Assembly (NCBI GenBank): GCA_030141605.1
Contig: JAQGDQ010000131.1
Location: 186,001-250,000, forward strand
Source of the DNA: Tubiluchus corallicola
Lineage: Eukaryota > Animalia > Priapulida
DNA length: 64,000 nt
Reading direction: 5' to 3'
Part shown: positions 11,441-23,394 of the stretch, piece by piece
How the letters are laid out: every line of letters starts with the position of its first letter
Position numbering within the stretch: the stretch's first letter is position 1
Notes under the pieces: model-generated
Databases searched by the model: none
Told to the model about the DNA's origin: nothing
The model's input: the letters and a program-made list of their open reading frames with translations, nothing else
Position numbers and translations under genes: made by a program

Positions 11441-14400
11441 AAACATATTGGGTTAACAAAAAACCAGTGGGTACAGTCCTATTTTGGTATTGTTTTGGTC
11501 AGTTCGTTATAGGTTGGTCTTGGTCAGCATTTTGGTCAAATTCTGGCGCCTTAAAGAGCGCGATTTTCCTCAGATTCTGACGTTGCGTAATAGTCAGATT
11601 CACAAGCCAAGCCATTTACTTAGGTAGTATCTTATTATTCTACTCCGTTCGTGCAGCAGATTAATTAAGCGAGTTAACGTGTTATATTACCATTACAATC
11701 CCTTGACAATTAAGCAACATTTTTAGTGATTTTTAGCGCAGTCGGAAAATGAAATACGTATCACCGGACACCCGTTGACGTAAGCTACCGGATTTAGAAT
11801 GTCAGACGAACAAAAAGACCGTATCGCTCAAAAGCACTTTTCTACGACGATTCTCCACAATGTCAGTCGTAATTGTGTTAATACCCGGTGAAAAGACGAT
11901 ACAAACGATACGTTGGCAGTTACAGCAAACTCTTAATGGCTGTGGACGATAACAAGCTAGGCTTGAGAAAAAATCGAATGAATCCGCTCACTAGGCATAT
12001 TTTGTTTTTAATCCTGTGCTCCTTAAATCCATTAATGAAGTCGTCAGCTGCATTGTTAGGAAAAATGACTTATCTAACAGCTTTACCGGATGTCCTAACT
12101 ATTGATTAAGTTAATTAGATTGCTAATTATTGCATTTTAACTTAATGGTTCTGCCTTAATTTTGTTACTACTAATTAACTTTTACTACAGGCGCATATTT
12201 TGCTACTACTACTAGTAGTAAATTATTGTCAAAAGACCAAATAAATTCGACATTCACAAAATTCTACTACATACTCCACCTCGTTTAAGCCAACGGTCAA
12301 GTTGTTCTATGGAACTTAATTTCATATGATCTTTGAACAAGAATAAAACACTTGGTGTTCTATTGGAGGTTATAACTTAACAAAATTTGTTAGTGTGAAA
12401 TGGATCTACCAAAATGCATGGTTCGCCATTATAACGAAAGGCTACACGATGGGTATATATCCTCTTTACATTACAAAATTAATCCGAATTCCGTATGCGT
12501 ACATCTTCTGGAACGAGATACGGAAAGTAGTCAGGGAAAGTCCACTACGCGTAGTGGTCTCTTTGGCTATGTCACATGGATCAAAAAAGGTCCATGACGA
12601 ATAGAGTATTTTCCGCCTAGTGTAAATGGGGTTTAAAGGAATTGCCAAGTGCCGACCAGAACTAAAAAGCTATTAACCTCACCGTGTCCACTCTGAAGTG
12701 CGGCTATCTGCGTATCCCACAGAAGCTCTTACCTGTTTCGGTACTAAAAACTAGAAAAGGCTAGTTCTCAGCAATTAGCTCATCTCAGCAACGTAAGCAT
12801 TAGCTAGTTGAAGACAAATCAGTTCCTTGTGAAAACAGCCATCCTTTAGCGATTATTTAATAATCAAGTAAGACTGGTAAGACGATTAACCATTTTGTGA
12901 TTCAATTAAACTTTGGGCAAACTGGCAACCTCCGTTGCTGCTGACATATGTGAATGAAAATGAAATCGTTAACTCTTTTTTGCTGAGAATTTAGTCAAAG
13001 AGAGAGAATTATTAAATTAGTTTAACGATCCACTATTTTTGACATTTTTCATCCAAGTTAATCTTGAAATCCTCATTTTTCATTATCCCACCTTGCTACT
13101 CTATTCCTCACGGTGTTTTTGTTAAAATATGCACAACACCTTTTAGTGCAGATGCCTGTGCCGTTTGATTGGTTTTCCAAAAATCTACAGTTAGTGGGAC
13201 TGTTGCGTGTGGTCAGTGACGTCTCTCTCTTGTATAAGCAATAAAATAGTAATTGACGTTTAACATAATGTCAATCATTTCCGTTGACTGCCCAATCAGT
13301 GTGCAAGTTATTTCACGCACCCCTGCAGCAGGTACGTTCGGGACATTTAGCTGCAGGTCCGTCTAACACTGTTATGAAAAATGCCCAACTTTTCATTAGT
13401 TAGCGAGAGAAATATTAGCCTGGTTCTAGATTTTATTATTTTCAATTGAAATTGCAAGTGATTTGGTGGAAATATATAGTCTAGTTTCGTTCATAGGAAG
13501 AAATGCACAACGCTTATGTCTATGAGTTGCTGATTAAACCATTTTGTAATCGAGAAAATACGCAGTTTAGTTTAGTTTATGGCTTTGCAAGTTAGATAAA
13601 AACAACTATTTGATTAACTTTAAATAAGGACAAAAGAAAATGTTTTCTTTTCTGGCCAGTTTTTAGAAACCTCAATGAGATCTTCACAGTCAAAATTAAT
13701 TCAAAAATGGTCAAAACTTATATTATACATCAATGTAATATTAGCTAATTTTGGCTAATCGTGCTACCCCGACTAAATAATCGAAGGTCTTAGTTATCGC
13801 CCTTGTACACAAAGGATTGTTGTGTCACCCACGAGCATCTAATAAGGAGACCCGTTGTGGCCTGTATTACATCAAGTCAAATCCAATCAATAAAAACAGG
13901 GAAACCTACTGTAGGGAAATGTAGTAAAAAGTTTGTATGGTGGTCACAGCGTGTTCCACTGTCCACATGCCTATGGAGTTAAAGCTGTCTTCGTTACGCT
14001 GGACAAAAAGAGTCTCAAAATGTGTGCAATCATAAGCGACGGAAGTGTCGGATCATGATCAAGTATGTAAAGCTAAGTGTTGCTGCCTTGCCAGGGATTA
14101 TAATTTTAACTGCTTAATTTGTAATCTGTTTGCATTTACCCAACAATTTTCTCACAGTCTCAATTTTTTTCAATTAATTTTGCTTTAAGACAAATGATGC
14201 CGTGCTTCCAAGCAACTCATTTTACTACTCCCTGTATTGCTCACCAAATTATCTACCAATTAAACATACTACTCACTATCATATTTCATTGATCCATTTA
14301 TCCGTTATCTAAAAAGCCAACTATCTGATCATGTTATCAATCCGACCAACCGACTGACCGACCAACCAAACAATCTACCAGTTAGCTAACCTAAGCCAGC

Positions 14401-16784
14401 TGAAATCAAACAACGAACAAACTGTCCTAGCAACAAATAAATCAGTTAATAAAGAATCAGTAAAATAGCAGCTGCAGTAACAACTGGTTTAAACACGACA
14501 GCGACAGCGTCCCAGCAGCTAAAATTGATGACTATAAACCTTAGGAAAGAGAAGCGTTTTTGTTCGTTGTTGAAGCATTGACTCAGTTTCTGCAGGGAGC
14601 ATTATATTTTCAGTGTATTCTTTCAATTTTTGCAATGAGAAAATCTCTCCCGATTGAAGAAGCAATAAAACAACAATTGTCAAATAAATGAGTGTTCGTG
14701 GTGTTAATTTTAACGAGTGCTTAAAACAGCTTGCAAAAAGTTTTTGATATAAAGTCCATTAAATACGAGATTTAAAATCTTGCTTATTAGTTCTTTTAAG
14801 TTCTACACAAATCCAGTCACTCGATGTTTGAGTGAAAAGCTCTGCTGCTATCAGTTGCATATAAGTTAGAAAAAGTCCAACTTTAAAATAAAATAAGCGT
14901 TTTACATTTAAACGGTAGAAAGGATCATTGGACACAGTAACGTCAGAGGTTTTTGCATTCACACTACGCTGAGCCACGTAGCATTGAGCCATAACAAAGG
15001 AGAGTCAACAGTGTAAAAAGTTTCAATTAAAATACGTGACATAATATATACGAGTTCTTTTTTTCATATCAGTTGACAAAAAGATGTTCTGGTCGTAATA
15101 AGCAGACAGTTTTTGACAGCCATGTATCAGTGTTACGCACCCCTATAAAACCTAATTTAAGACTTCTTTTTTATGTTTGGTTGCAGATTAAACTAGATAC
15201 TCTATTGCGAGTGAATGTAAACTATGTATAAATTTATAGCGTTCAATAATCTTGTGCGGTACTGCTCTGTGTTATTAATAATATTGAGCCACATTGAACT
15301 CCATATAATATCGATGTTTATCGTCTGCATCATGATCACCATCATCATCGTCATCATCATCATCGTCGTCGTCGTCGTCATCTGCTTTTGCAGCGGCGAT
15401 AGCTGCAGTAACAACAGCAAGGCAGTATGTTTGAACAGCAGTGCCACCACTACCAATAAAACTACCTAACTAATGACTATCTTACCACCAACCTATTCCA
15501 CCCTCTTTTACAGCAGTAGCTGCATAACCGCTGAAGCGACAGTAGTTGAAGTTGCAGCCACTGTACTTCACATTTTGTCTGCAAAACCGTAGTCTGTTTA
15601 TTAAACACTGAACATCAAAAATAATTATGACAGTCTGACGACGGTCCTTGTCTGCGCTCTATGCCAATTAATGCAATCTGACGATAGGAATGGCCAAATT
15701 AGTGTATGGTGCTGATTCTTCACAATTTCAAATCCCTACAAAAGAGTCATTTGATGAAGCAGGTTTTACCTATAACTGGTGTAGAAACGCACGTCAAAGT
15801 TAACACGCAATCGAGCAAGCGTGATGAAACAGATAAAAGACAATAATTAAGGAGACCGCACTTATGGTTTGCTGTTGTGAGTGGCTTACAAAGACGGAAG
15901 ACCTCTAAGTGGGTTAGAAGAGATTATTCTCATCTTATTGCACGGGAAGATTTTTACTATGAAGCATTATTGCAAGAGTAAGATATAAGAACGCCTCCAA
16001 GAAATTGTATCATTACACTCACTACCTTGAGAAGATGTAAAGGTCTGAAAGAAATTAATCCATGCCACACCTGCTAGTTAGAAATGTTAGTGTAAAACTA
16101 CAATCTTAAAAAACAGTCTTTAGAAAACAATTTAAGTTATAATACAGAAAATGATTAGAGCAGAAAAATCAGACTTCCGAACCTAACAGCGTTATAATAC
16201 TTCTTCTTTTTTCTCAGTAGATGCAAATGCTCATACTTAATGTTGCACGTAAAACCACATGACACGCACTGCTTACATCATAGGTGCTGCCATCTGCTAA
16301 GGTATTTACTGAAGTAACAAAAGCTATTGTGTTACCTAATTTAGAGTGGCATTGAGTAACGTAAAGTCAAATGTAAAGTAAAGAAACCATATGTCAGGTT
16401 CAAGTTGCGTTTTTGTTAAGAGTTTGTAAAAAGAACTCCTATCAAAAAAGTTCATCAGAACGAACTTTTTTTAACTTGGGCGTTTGCCTTTCTATTTGTT
16501 AACAAATTAAGAGTTCCAGAACTTCAGACATTCAGAAACTTCAGAAAAGACATTCAGAACTTTTTACAGATAGCCATTTTATAGATAGAGACGGACTGAT
16601 TGGTGGCCGACTACTAGCCATTCGATAATGACCACTCAAACTATGATTACTGGATGATATTACAAGGGTGGCAAGTCTTATAGTCGATTTCCAAAGAAGT
16701 CGGCTAAAACTTATATTAAACTCTCGCTTGTTAGTAAAAAACACAATTTCAAAGCAGGTGTTTGCGCAGTGCAGATCTCAGCAT

Positions 16785-17251
16785 GGTACGCGGTAAAAGT
16801 GGCACAGGTAAAAATGTTATAGAAAAAATGGCGTTATGAAAATGGCACATAAAAAGGGACACGAATGGAAAAATAGTAAAAGATGGCACTCTTACAAAAT
16901 CTGATGGTCGGAAAAGCTCACAATTTTGGCTAGGAAAGAAAGTCATGTAATTAAACAAACATATTCAAGTCAGCCACAATTTATTTAAGTACCACAAACA
17001 ATTAAAGTAATAAAACAGAAAATATTTTAAATCAGTTATTAACAGGCAATGCATGACTTGTACATATTGACAACACTATCAATCAGACGAACATGTTTAG
17101 GGTTTTTCGACCTCGAGGGCATTCTAGTTTATAGAAATTATTTGTATCAAAATAACTTATGTGCCATATTTTTCTACTTTTCCATCGATGCCATTGCTTC
17201 TGTGCCATTTTTACTGGGCCATTTTTTCCCTGGCCATTTTTAACTAGATTC
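16785..17251. mobile_element. Non-autonomous Mutator/foldback-like element, 467 bp
   Basis: Arms are inverted arrays of AAAATGGCAC-like motifs; G...C termini; 10-bp TSD ATCTCAGCAT (16775-16784) / ATCTGAGCAT (17252-17261). Confidence 0.8.
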
Positions 17252-17899
17252 ATCTGAGCATCACTAACATTACAGTGGTTCACCAGCATTACTTAATGAA
17301 GAAATAGACTTGCCTTAGCACATTTATTCTGTTTGATTAGCTCATTGTCTCTGTCCATTACAGGAACTGTCCCTAGAGCTTTAGCATCTGTTTTCTCAAT
17401 GACACGGCATTTTCTATAGATATTTTTAAACATCGCAGCACGAATTAGGAGACCCACAGCAACTTAAAGAGGAATAGAAAATTCAGGCGATGTTTATTAA
17501 CCTTTGTATGTTCTTGCAAAATTCACTGCGAGAAGAAATACAATAAGTAGGACTTGTGACTTGGTCTTGATGATACAATTCAGAATACGATGGTATCAAT
17601 AATTTTGAGCTTTAAATTTCTTTTTGCGCAAACAGATGCACGTTAGCCTCATCTCCATAGTAATTTTCCTTTGTAAAAATTCAACAAGTGATTATTCAAA
17701 TTGATTGTCATTTAAGGGAAGTTAACGCGTGTGGAGCAGTACACTGCTACGCTTAGTATTACAAATAAGAACTCCACCTCATAATTTTGCCGTGGATGAT
17801 CATGAGCGCCTTTTAATACCTTAGGGTATTTTAGGCTCTATTTTCTAGACATCTGGGGCATCATTTTATGCACGTTCGGCATTTCCTACTTTTAGATAC

Positions 17900-18520
17900 C
17901 AGAAGATTCAAAACTTGAGGTCTGAATCATTTGCCTTCGATTCGTTGTCATTGTTGCCAGAAGTGCCATCGTTGTGTTACAATCTCATTGTCTTGAACTG
18001 ATTGCCTTGAAGAAGACTGCGCCTTGTGGCACTTTATCACAGTTATGACAAAGTTTTGTGGAGGTATTCATAGTCGAGTAGTCACGCGTTCATGCTTCTT
18101 GCGAATGGCAAGTGACAACCTGAGCATGACATTCACTTTGAGTGGTTTCATCTGCCATACTGGATCTGGCAGTTTACCTCGTAGAGGAGGATGTATGCAG
18201 AAAGTAGCTGAGACACTTTTGCTTGTTCAGTGGCTCATCTTAGGGTGAGAGTAATATCCTTGATAATGAGCCATGCTCTTGTTGTGCCACAAACATCTCG
18301 TTGACTAGACCCTGCTTTGAGTGCTGGATTCCGCTTGCATACATAGGTAGGTAGCATAACGCATTATTGCGAAAAGTGATCCTCTTCCTGGAGCAAAACT
18401 ATTGTGTAATGATTACTGAAGTAGCAGGTGCGTTTAGGTCAACAGCTGCCTCGGTATCGTTTTCTTACATAAGATATCGCTTCCTCATTTTGATAAACAA
18501 CTGCAACGTTGCAAATATAG
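17900..18520 (-). mobile_element. Highly degenerate RTE-clade LINE RT C-terminal fragment
   Basis: Collinear pieces SYVRKR, CVMLPT/MYASG, LSRILL, KQKCLSYFLH resemble the RTE tail (IRRRI, VLPTLLYGSE, LRRIL, RRLRYFGH). Confidence 0.45.
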
Positions 18521-18559
18521 GCTATATTTTATTAGTTCCTATACAATACAGTGTAAAGT

Positions 18560-18718
18560 TTGATGATTTGTTGGAGTTTGTGAAGGCATATTTCTTACTT
18601 TGTAATTGTATTTCACGTTGTAGTTGCAACATTTTCTCAACTGCTGTAAAGCACTTTGAGATATATGGCGTAAGGCGCTTGATAAAAATAAATTTGTTAT
18701 TATTATTATTACTATTAT
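18560..18718 (+). mobile_element. L2-type LINE/SINE 3' tail
   Basis: TGTAAAGCACTTTGAG...AAGGCGCT...AATAAA followed by (TTA)n, the typical L2 3' terminus. Confidence 0.6.
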
Positions 18719-18734
18719 ATGTGTATTAAAACAT

Positions 18735-18747
18735 ATACCTTTTCAGG
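18735..18747 (+). promoter_or_regulatory. Putative splice acceptor of the GPCR coding exon (intron in the 5' UTR)
   Basis: TACCTTTTCAG|G, AG at 18745-18746, 115 nt upstream of the ATG. Confidence 0.55.
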
Positions 18748-18861
18748 AAAATAATGAAAGTCTGTGGTAGATGCTTGCATGATGGTAGCACCGCTGAGCG
18801 AGTTCAATGTAATGCACGATACTGATGATGTATTCCCAGTAATAAATGCCGTAGAGAAAAA

Positions 18862-20352
18862 ATGAAAGGTGACGAAATGGAGTTCAAGACGTTGGCGGAC
18901 TTCCTGGCTAAAAGCGGCAATCGCAGCTCAGGTTATCAAACCAATGACGGTCCTCCAATGGACAAAATTATGCATCTGCTGAACCAGACTGACTTCAATA
19001 TTGATGATGTGCCAGATCTGAGTGTGTCTTACTCTTTTCGCACAGACGCCGAAAATGTAATCTTGATAGTGGCCTATACGCTTATTATTATAGTGTCACT
19101 GTTCGGAAATTGTTTGGTGTGCCGCGTCGTTTTTAAAAATGCCCACAATGTGACGTATATTTTCATTGCAAACTTGGCTGTTTCAGACTTGCTTATGACG
19201 ACATTAAACATTCCATTTAACTTGGCGAGGAATCTTCTGGACACATGGCCTTTTGGTGGTTTCATGTGTCATTTTGTAAATTTCACGTTGGTGACGTCCG
19301 TGTATGTTTCAACCTTCACCATGCTGGCTATTTGTGTAGATCGTTATCGGGTCATATTGAATCCCTTTAAGAGCCGAATGTCCTGTAAGGGTGCTGTTGT
19401 GGCTCTGATCCTCATCTGGATATTCGCTGCATCATTTGCGTTGCCGTACGCCATTTTCTATGATTTGAGCATTTTAGTGACGACTCGTCGGATGATTCGA
19501 TGTAAGTTGGTGATGGAACCACATCAGCGGGATGTGTTGACCGTGGTGACGTTCACCACACAGTATGCCATCCCGATGATGTTGACGTCTGCGGCGTATG
19601 CCCGAATATCTTGGTTCCTAACCTTTGCCCCGATACCCGGGCAACCGACAAACGAGCAGCAGCTGGAGCAACAGTACACCAGAAGGAGAACCATAAAAAT
19701 GCTAATAGTGGTTGTGGTAGTGTTTATATTGTGCTGGATGCCACTGAATTTGTATCATGTGATTTTTGCCATGTATCCAAATCCACAGGTACTATTTAAG
19801 CCAAACAGTCGTTACTATTTCCTCTTTCATTGGTTGGCAATGAGCAGCGTTTGTTACAATCCGTTCATCTACTGTTACCTCAATGAGAAGTTCCGGGCTG
19901 AAACACGCAAGTTGTTCCATGCCTGTAGAAACATGTCCCACAAGATGAGTTTAGGATCCTTACACGACGGGTCTGTGGCGAGAACTGAAATAATGCCTAT
20001 GCACCAATTTGTGACATTAGGGAGTTCAGCCGGGTTGACGACAACCGTAATCACCAGTGTGGAAGATTACAACAATCACTTGGACTGCACCCACCCCATT
20101 ATACCTACTGAATCAATTTTGTGCAAGCAAGAAAATGTGGAGAAGTCAGAATTCACCAAAAATGGTGCAAATGAAAAAGCTTTATCTTCAGTTATTGAAG
20201 AGACCTCACCCTCCTGGTGTAAGACCCGCTGTGAAGATCAGAATTCTTTGACATCTAGTGCAGAAGCCAATTGTGTGGCTAAGATGTTAAACAGTGAAAC
20301 CAGCGAAGAAGCACACAAACCCCAGGATAATTTCGAAATGGACCGCATTTAG
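18862..20352 (+). CDS. GPR83: Class A (rhodopsin-like) neuropeptide GPCR, GPR83-like, 496 aa, intronless CDS
   Basis: Seven hydrophobic segments; GN (TM1), NLAVSD, DRY, CWMP, NPFIY; ECL Cys pair; N-glycosylation sites NRS/NQT; LIVAY..IIVSLFGN.LVC.V.FKN and YF.FHW.AMSS.CYNPFIYC.LNE.FR match GPR83 as recalled; orthology versus RYamide/luqin-type receptors needs a tree. Confidence 0.9.
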   Translation: MKGDEMEFKTLADFLAKSGNRSSGYQTNDGPPMDKIMHLLNQTDFNIDDVPDLSVSYSFRTDAENVILIVAYTLIIIVSLFGNCLVCRVVFKNAHNVTYIFIANLAVSDLLMTTLNIPFNLARNLLDTWPFGGFMCHFVNFTLVTSVYVSTFTMLAICVDRYRVILNPFKSRMSCKGAVVALILIWIFAASFALPYAIFYDLSILVTTRRMIRCKLVMEPHQRDVLTVVTFTTQYAIPMMLTSAAYARISWFLTFAPIPGQPTNEQQLEQQYTRRRTIKMLIVVVVVFILCWMPLNLYHVIFAMYPNPQVLFKPNSRYYFLFHWLAMSSVCYNPFIYCYLNEKFRAETRKLFHACRNMSHKMSLGSLHDGSVARTEIMPMHQFVTLGSSAGLTTTVITSVEDYNNHLDCTHPIIPTESILCKQENVEKSEFTKNGANEKALSSVIEETSPSWCKTRCEDQNSLTSSAEANCVAKMLNSETSEEAHKPQDNFEMDRI

Positions 20353-21754
20353 CAGAACTTTTTTTTTTAAATTTAAAATTTTGTTAAAAACGCGATTTGC
20401 AACTTTACTTTGGAGCTTTTTATATATGCGTTAATATTCCATAACTTTAATGTTTAAAACTTTAGTAACTAGTTTATAAGAACAATGACCTAAAAATAAT
20501 GAAACTGCAAATATTTAGTTTGCAGCCTTAAAAGTCCGTTGTGAACATTAAGTCTCAATTTTCTTAACTCTAGCAGATTATATGCCAATCCAGAATATAA
20601 AAAATTATGGACATACGTACGATCCTTAATATTTTAAAACTTATCATTGTCTGTTGCGATATGAATTCGTTGCAGAAATTATGAAGAAGTGGATAGAGGG
20701 CATTCGTGGGTCACACTGTCTCACAAACAGCATGTATCGAGTGTTTAATGTTAAACACGTTAAAAGAAGTCCCGTTGTCGCAAATTGTATGATTCCAAAG
20801 GTAGGAGACAGTATATTTTGCAAAATCAATAATAACCCTTTATTTTCCTGCATTTGAATTTCAGTGTCTCTAATCCTGTTGGAGAGGTGTGATACTTCAC
20901 AGCCACAAGTCACATGACCAATAAAAAATGCGCAAGAGTGAACTAAAAATTAATAATGAAATCGTTTAACGTTATGTAGAGATAAGATTACAGTAGCAAT
21001 ATTTCTTCCAAAACATTTATGGCAGCAATTTTACAGAATAAATTTTCACTCACTACATTCGCGTATTTATTCGGTTTGCTTGATTAAGTCTTGGGTTTTG
21101 ATTAAATTTACGAACCAGTCAGATTGCTTCTAGTAAAATTTATCTAATGTGATCGAGTTGAAAGATTAGTTATAAAATGTGTACTACAACGCACGTGCAA
21201 ATTGTACTCCGAATCCAACTTTTAATCCAACGATAAAATAACGGCAAATTTCTACAACTCATTATAGAGAAGTGGTATGAGATGCATGAAATACAAAATT
21301 ATCAACATTATTATGGCAAAGTTAAAAAAAATTTAACTGTTATTTGCTTATAATGAAACTTTTTAAAGTATTTCAAAATTTAAAATCTTATAATATAAAT
21401 TCTTTTCATTGTCTTATGGAATGTAAATTAGTATTAATTTTAACATTTAATTCGTGGTTTCCGCGACAGGTGTAATAAACAAAAGAAACATCAATACTGG
21501 AGTGGAAACGACAATAAATGCAACTAATAACGCATCATGTGATTAGTTGTATACACTGTAACAAAATCGTCAAACAATTACAACATGTTTTTGTTTCGAC
21601 AACGTAATTGCTGTTACACATGAGACAAAATATTAAAAACAGCCAAACGACAGACATCACAGCCATAAGCTATGTTTACTATAACAACTCTTATTACAAA
21701 CAATGATTGCTTATAACAAACAGTAATGACATATATTGGCTTCTGTGAGTGTCC

Positions 21755-21847
21755 ACGGTGCTCTATTCGTACTTACTGTGCATAAGGTACTATATGCACA
21801 CTACGCAGATATTACCTTATACACAGTAAGTACGAGTAGAGCATCGT
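21755..21847. other. 93-nt near-perfect inverted repeat (43-bp stem, 7-nt loop)
   Basis: 38 Watson-Crick pairs, 2 G-U, 3 mismatches counted by hand. Confidence 0.9.
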
Positions 21848-22591
21848 AAAGGTACTAAAAAGAGAGTTGCCTCAGAGTCCCTAAGTATATTAGAAAATAT
21901 AATTGCGTGCATGCGTGCTAAAGTCTACGAAGTTGAAAAAGAAAATTTTACAAGTAAACAAGATATGATTTGATTTTGAACTCACAAACGATCGATTTAG
22001 CGATCAACGGACAAATTTTTGAAACTATAAAGTTGTTTTCTAGTAAGGTTTCTACATTAATCAATTAATTGCAAGTTAAGATACATTTATACTGATGTCA
22101 ACCAAATGGTTCACAAAATTTGTGGTTTTTCTAATCTGTTTAACACGTGGAACTCATGTCGCTAACGGTGTCAAAACTCCAGTTCTGTGTCTTTGGGTTC
22201 TTTTTACATAATAATCTTACAGCTTCTCAATGGTTATTGAAATCGCAATGCGATTACGTTACGCTAGAGCTAATTTTCTGAGGTGCTCAAGTGAGTCCAG
22301 AGGTTAATTGAAATTTCCGATCAATTTTCGTTTAAAATGCTGCAAGACTGTCACGAAATTGCCGAATTAGGCGTGTAACTGCCTACATACTAATACCCTA
22401 TGAGCCTATTCTGCAGAGACATGGTCATCAGTTGCGTGACTATGGCTAGCTTATTTACAGAAGCTGGTCAGGCAGCTGGTGAAAGCTAAGCTCGCTCCAG
22501 TTAATTACATGGCTGTCTTTCTGCATGAGAGTCTTGAATTGCTTGTTGTTTGTTCCTCTGACTTAACACAAGCACTCAAAGTCTGTTTGCA

Positions 22592-23020
22592 GATGAAGTG
22601 TTTGCAGGAAGCAAACTTGAAGGGATTTTTAAAATCTACAAAGAATGTGAATGGCAGGCTGAGTGTTTTGTGTGAATATTTAGAGGTTTGTGGTTGAAGC
22701 TTTGCTGATAAGCATTTTTAGGGACGGAAGATGAAGTGCTTGCAGGTAGCAAAGGTGAAGGGGTTTTCAAAATCTACGAATCTACGTGTGAATGGCAGAT
22801 ACAGCATATCGTTTGGATATTTAGAGGTTTGTGGATGGACTTTGCTAAAAGCAATTTTTCTAAGGGATGAAAGACCAAGTGCTCGCAGGAAGCAAAACCT
22901 GAAGAGATTGTCAAAAACCTATGAAAAACATGTCAGGCGAATAGAAGCATATCATGTTGGCTGTTTGGAGGGTTGCGGTTGGTGCTCAGCTGAAAGCGTT
23001 TCTTGTATGGGAAGAAAATG
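22592..23020. repeat. Diverged tandem repeat, 3 units of ~140 bp
   Basis: Units start GATGAAGTGTTTGCAGGAAGC (22592), GATGAAGTGCTTGCAGGTAGC (22730), GACCAAGTGCTCGCAGGAAGC (22873). Confidence 0.85.
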
Positions 23021-23189
23021 ACACAATTGACATTTTGGCAACACCTACAGTTGATCAGTTGGCTACGCATTGTACTGTCATATGCTGCGCAGATGGAGCC
23101 TTATCACAACAAGGGAGCAGGATAGAAGTTTAAAAGATTATTTCAAATACATTAGTTATCCGCCAAACCAGTCTTTTCGAGTACTTCTA

Positions 23190-23330
23190 CATAAGGTATA
23201 GGATAATGGAAGGCACGTCTGTTTTTGGGAGGTTACGGGTTCAGTACCTTCCCTGGGTATTACCAGAAACATGAAAAATTGCATCTGCTGTTGTCTAGCT
23301 GTTAATAACGTGGTAATAACGGTGAATAGT
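23190..23330 (+). mobile_element. Degenerate tRNA-derived SINE fragment
   Basis: B-box-like GGGTTCAGTACC followed by GGGTATTACCAGAAACATGAAAAATTGCATCTGCTG, resembling a conserved metazoan SINE central domain as recalled. Confidence 0.4.
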
Positions 23331-23394
23331 AATTCATGCACATAGCTACAACTTGCTGTTAATTTTACAGGTCACCGTAAAACTCCAATCCATG

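Noticed and set aside
12395-12745. Overlapping 60-69-aa ORFs and a possible 11-nt minus-strand microexon near 12733
   Set aside because: No recognisable motifs and no partner exons
18140-18215. PHD-finger-like FCIHPPLRGKLPDPVW
   Set aside because: The other Cys/His ligands are absent; the region is better explained as a decayed RTE LINE
18823-18828. Selenocysteine readthrough of TGA TGA joining uORF B to the GPCR
   Set aside because: No SECIS recognised and no selenoprotein-like context
22478-22557. LRR-like peptide VINWSELSFHQLPDQL on the minus strand
   Set aside because: A single short match whose phase does not join the upstream candidate exon, with no further LRRs
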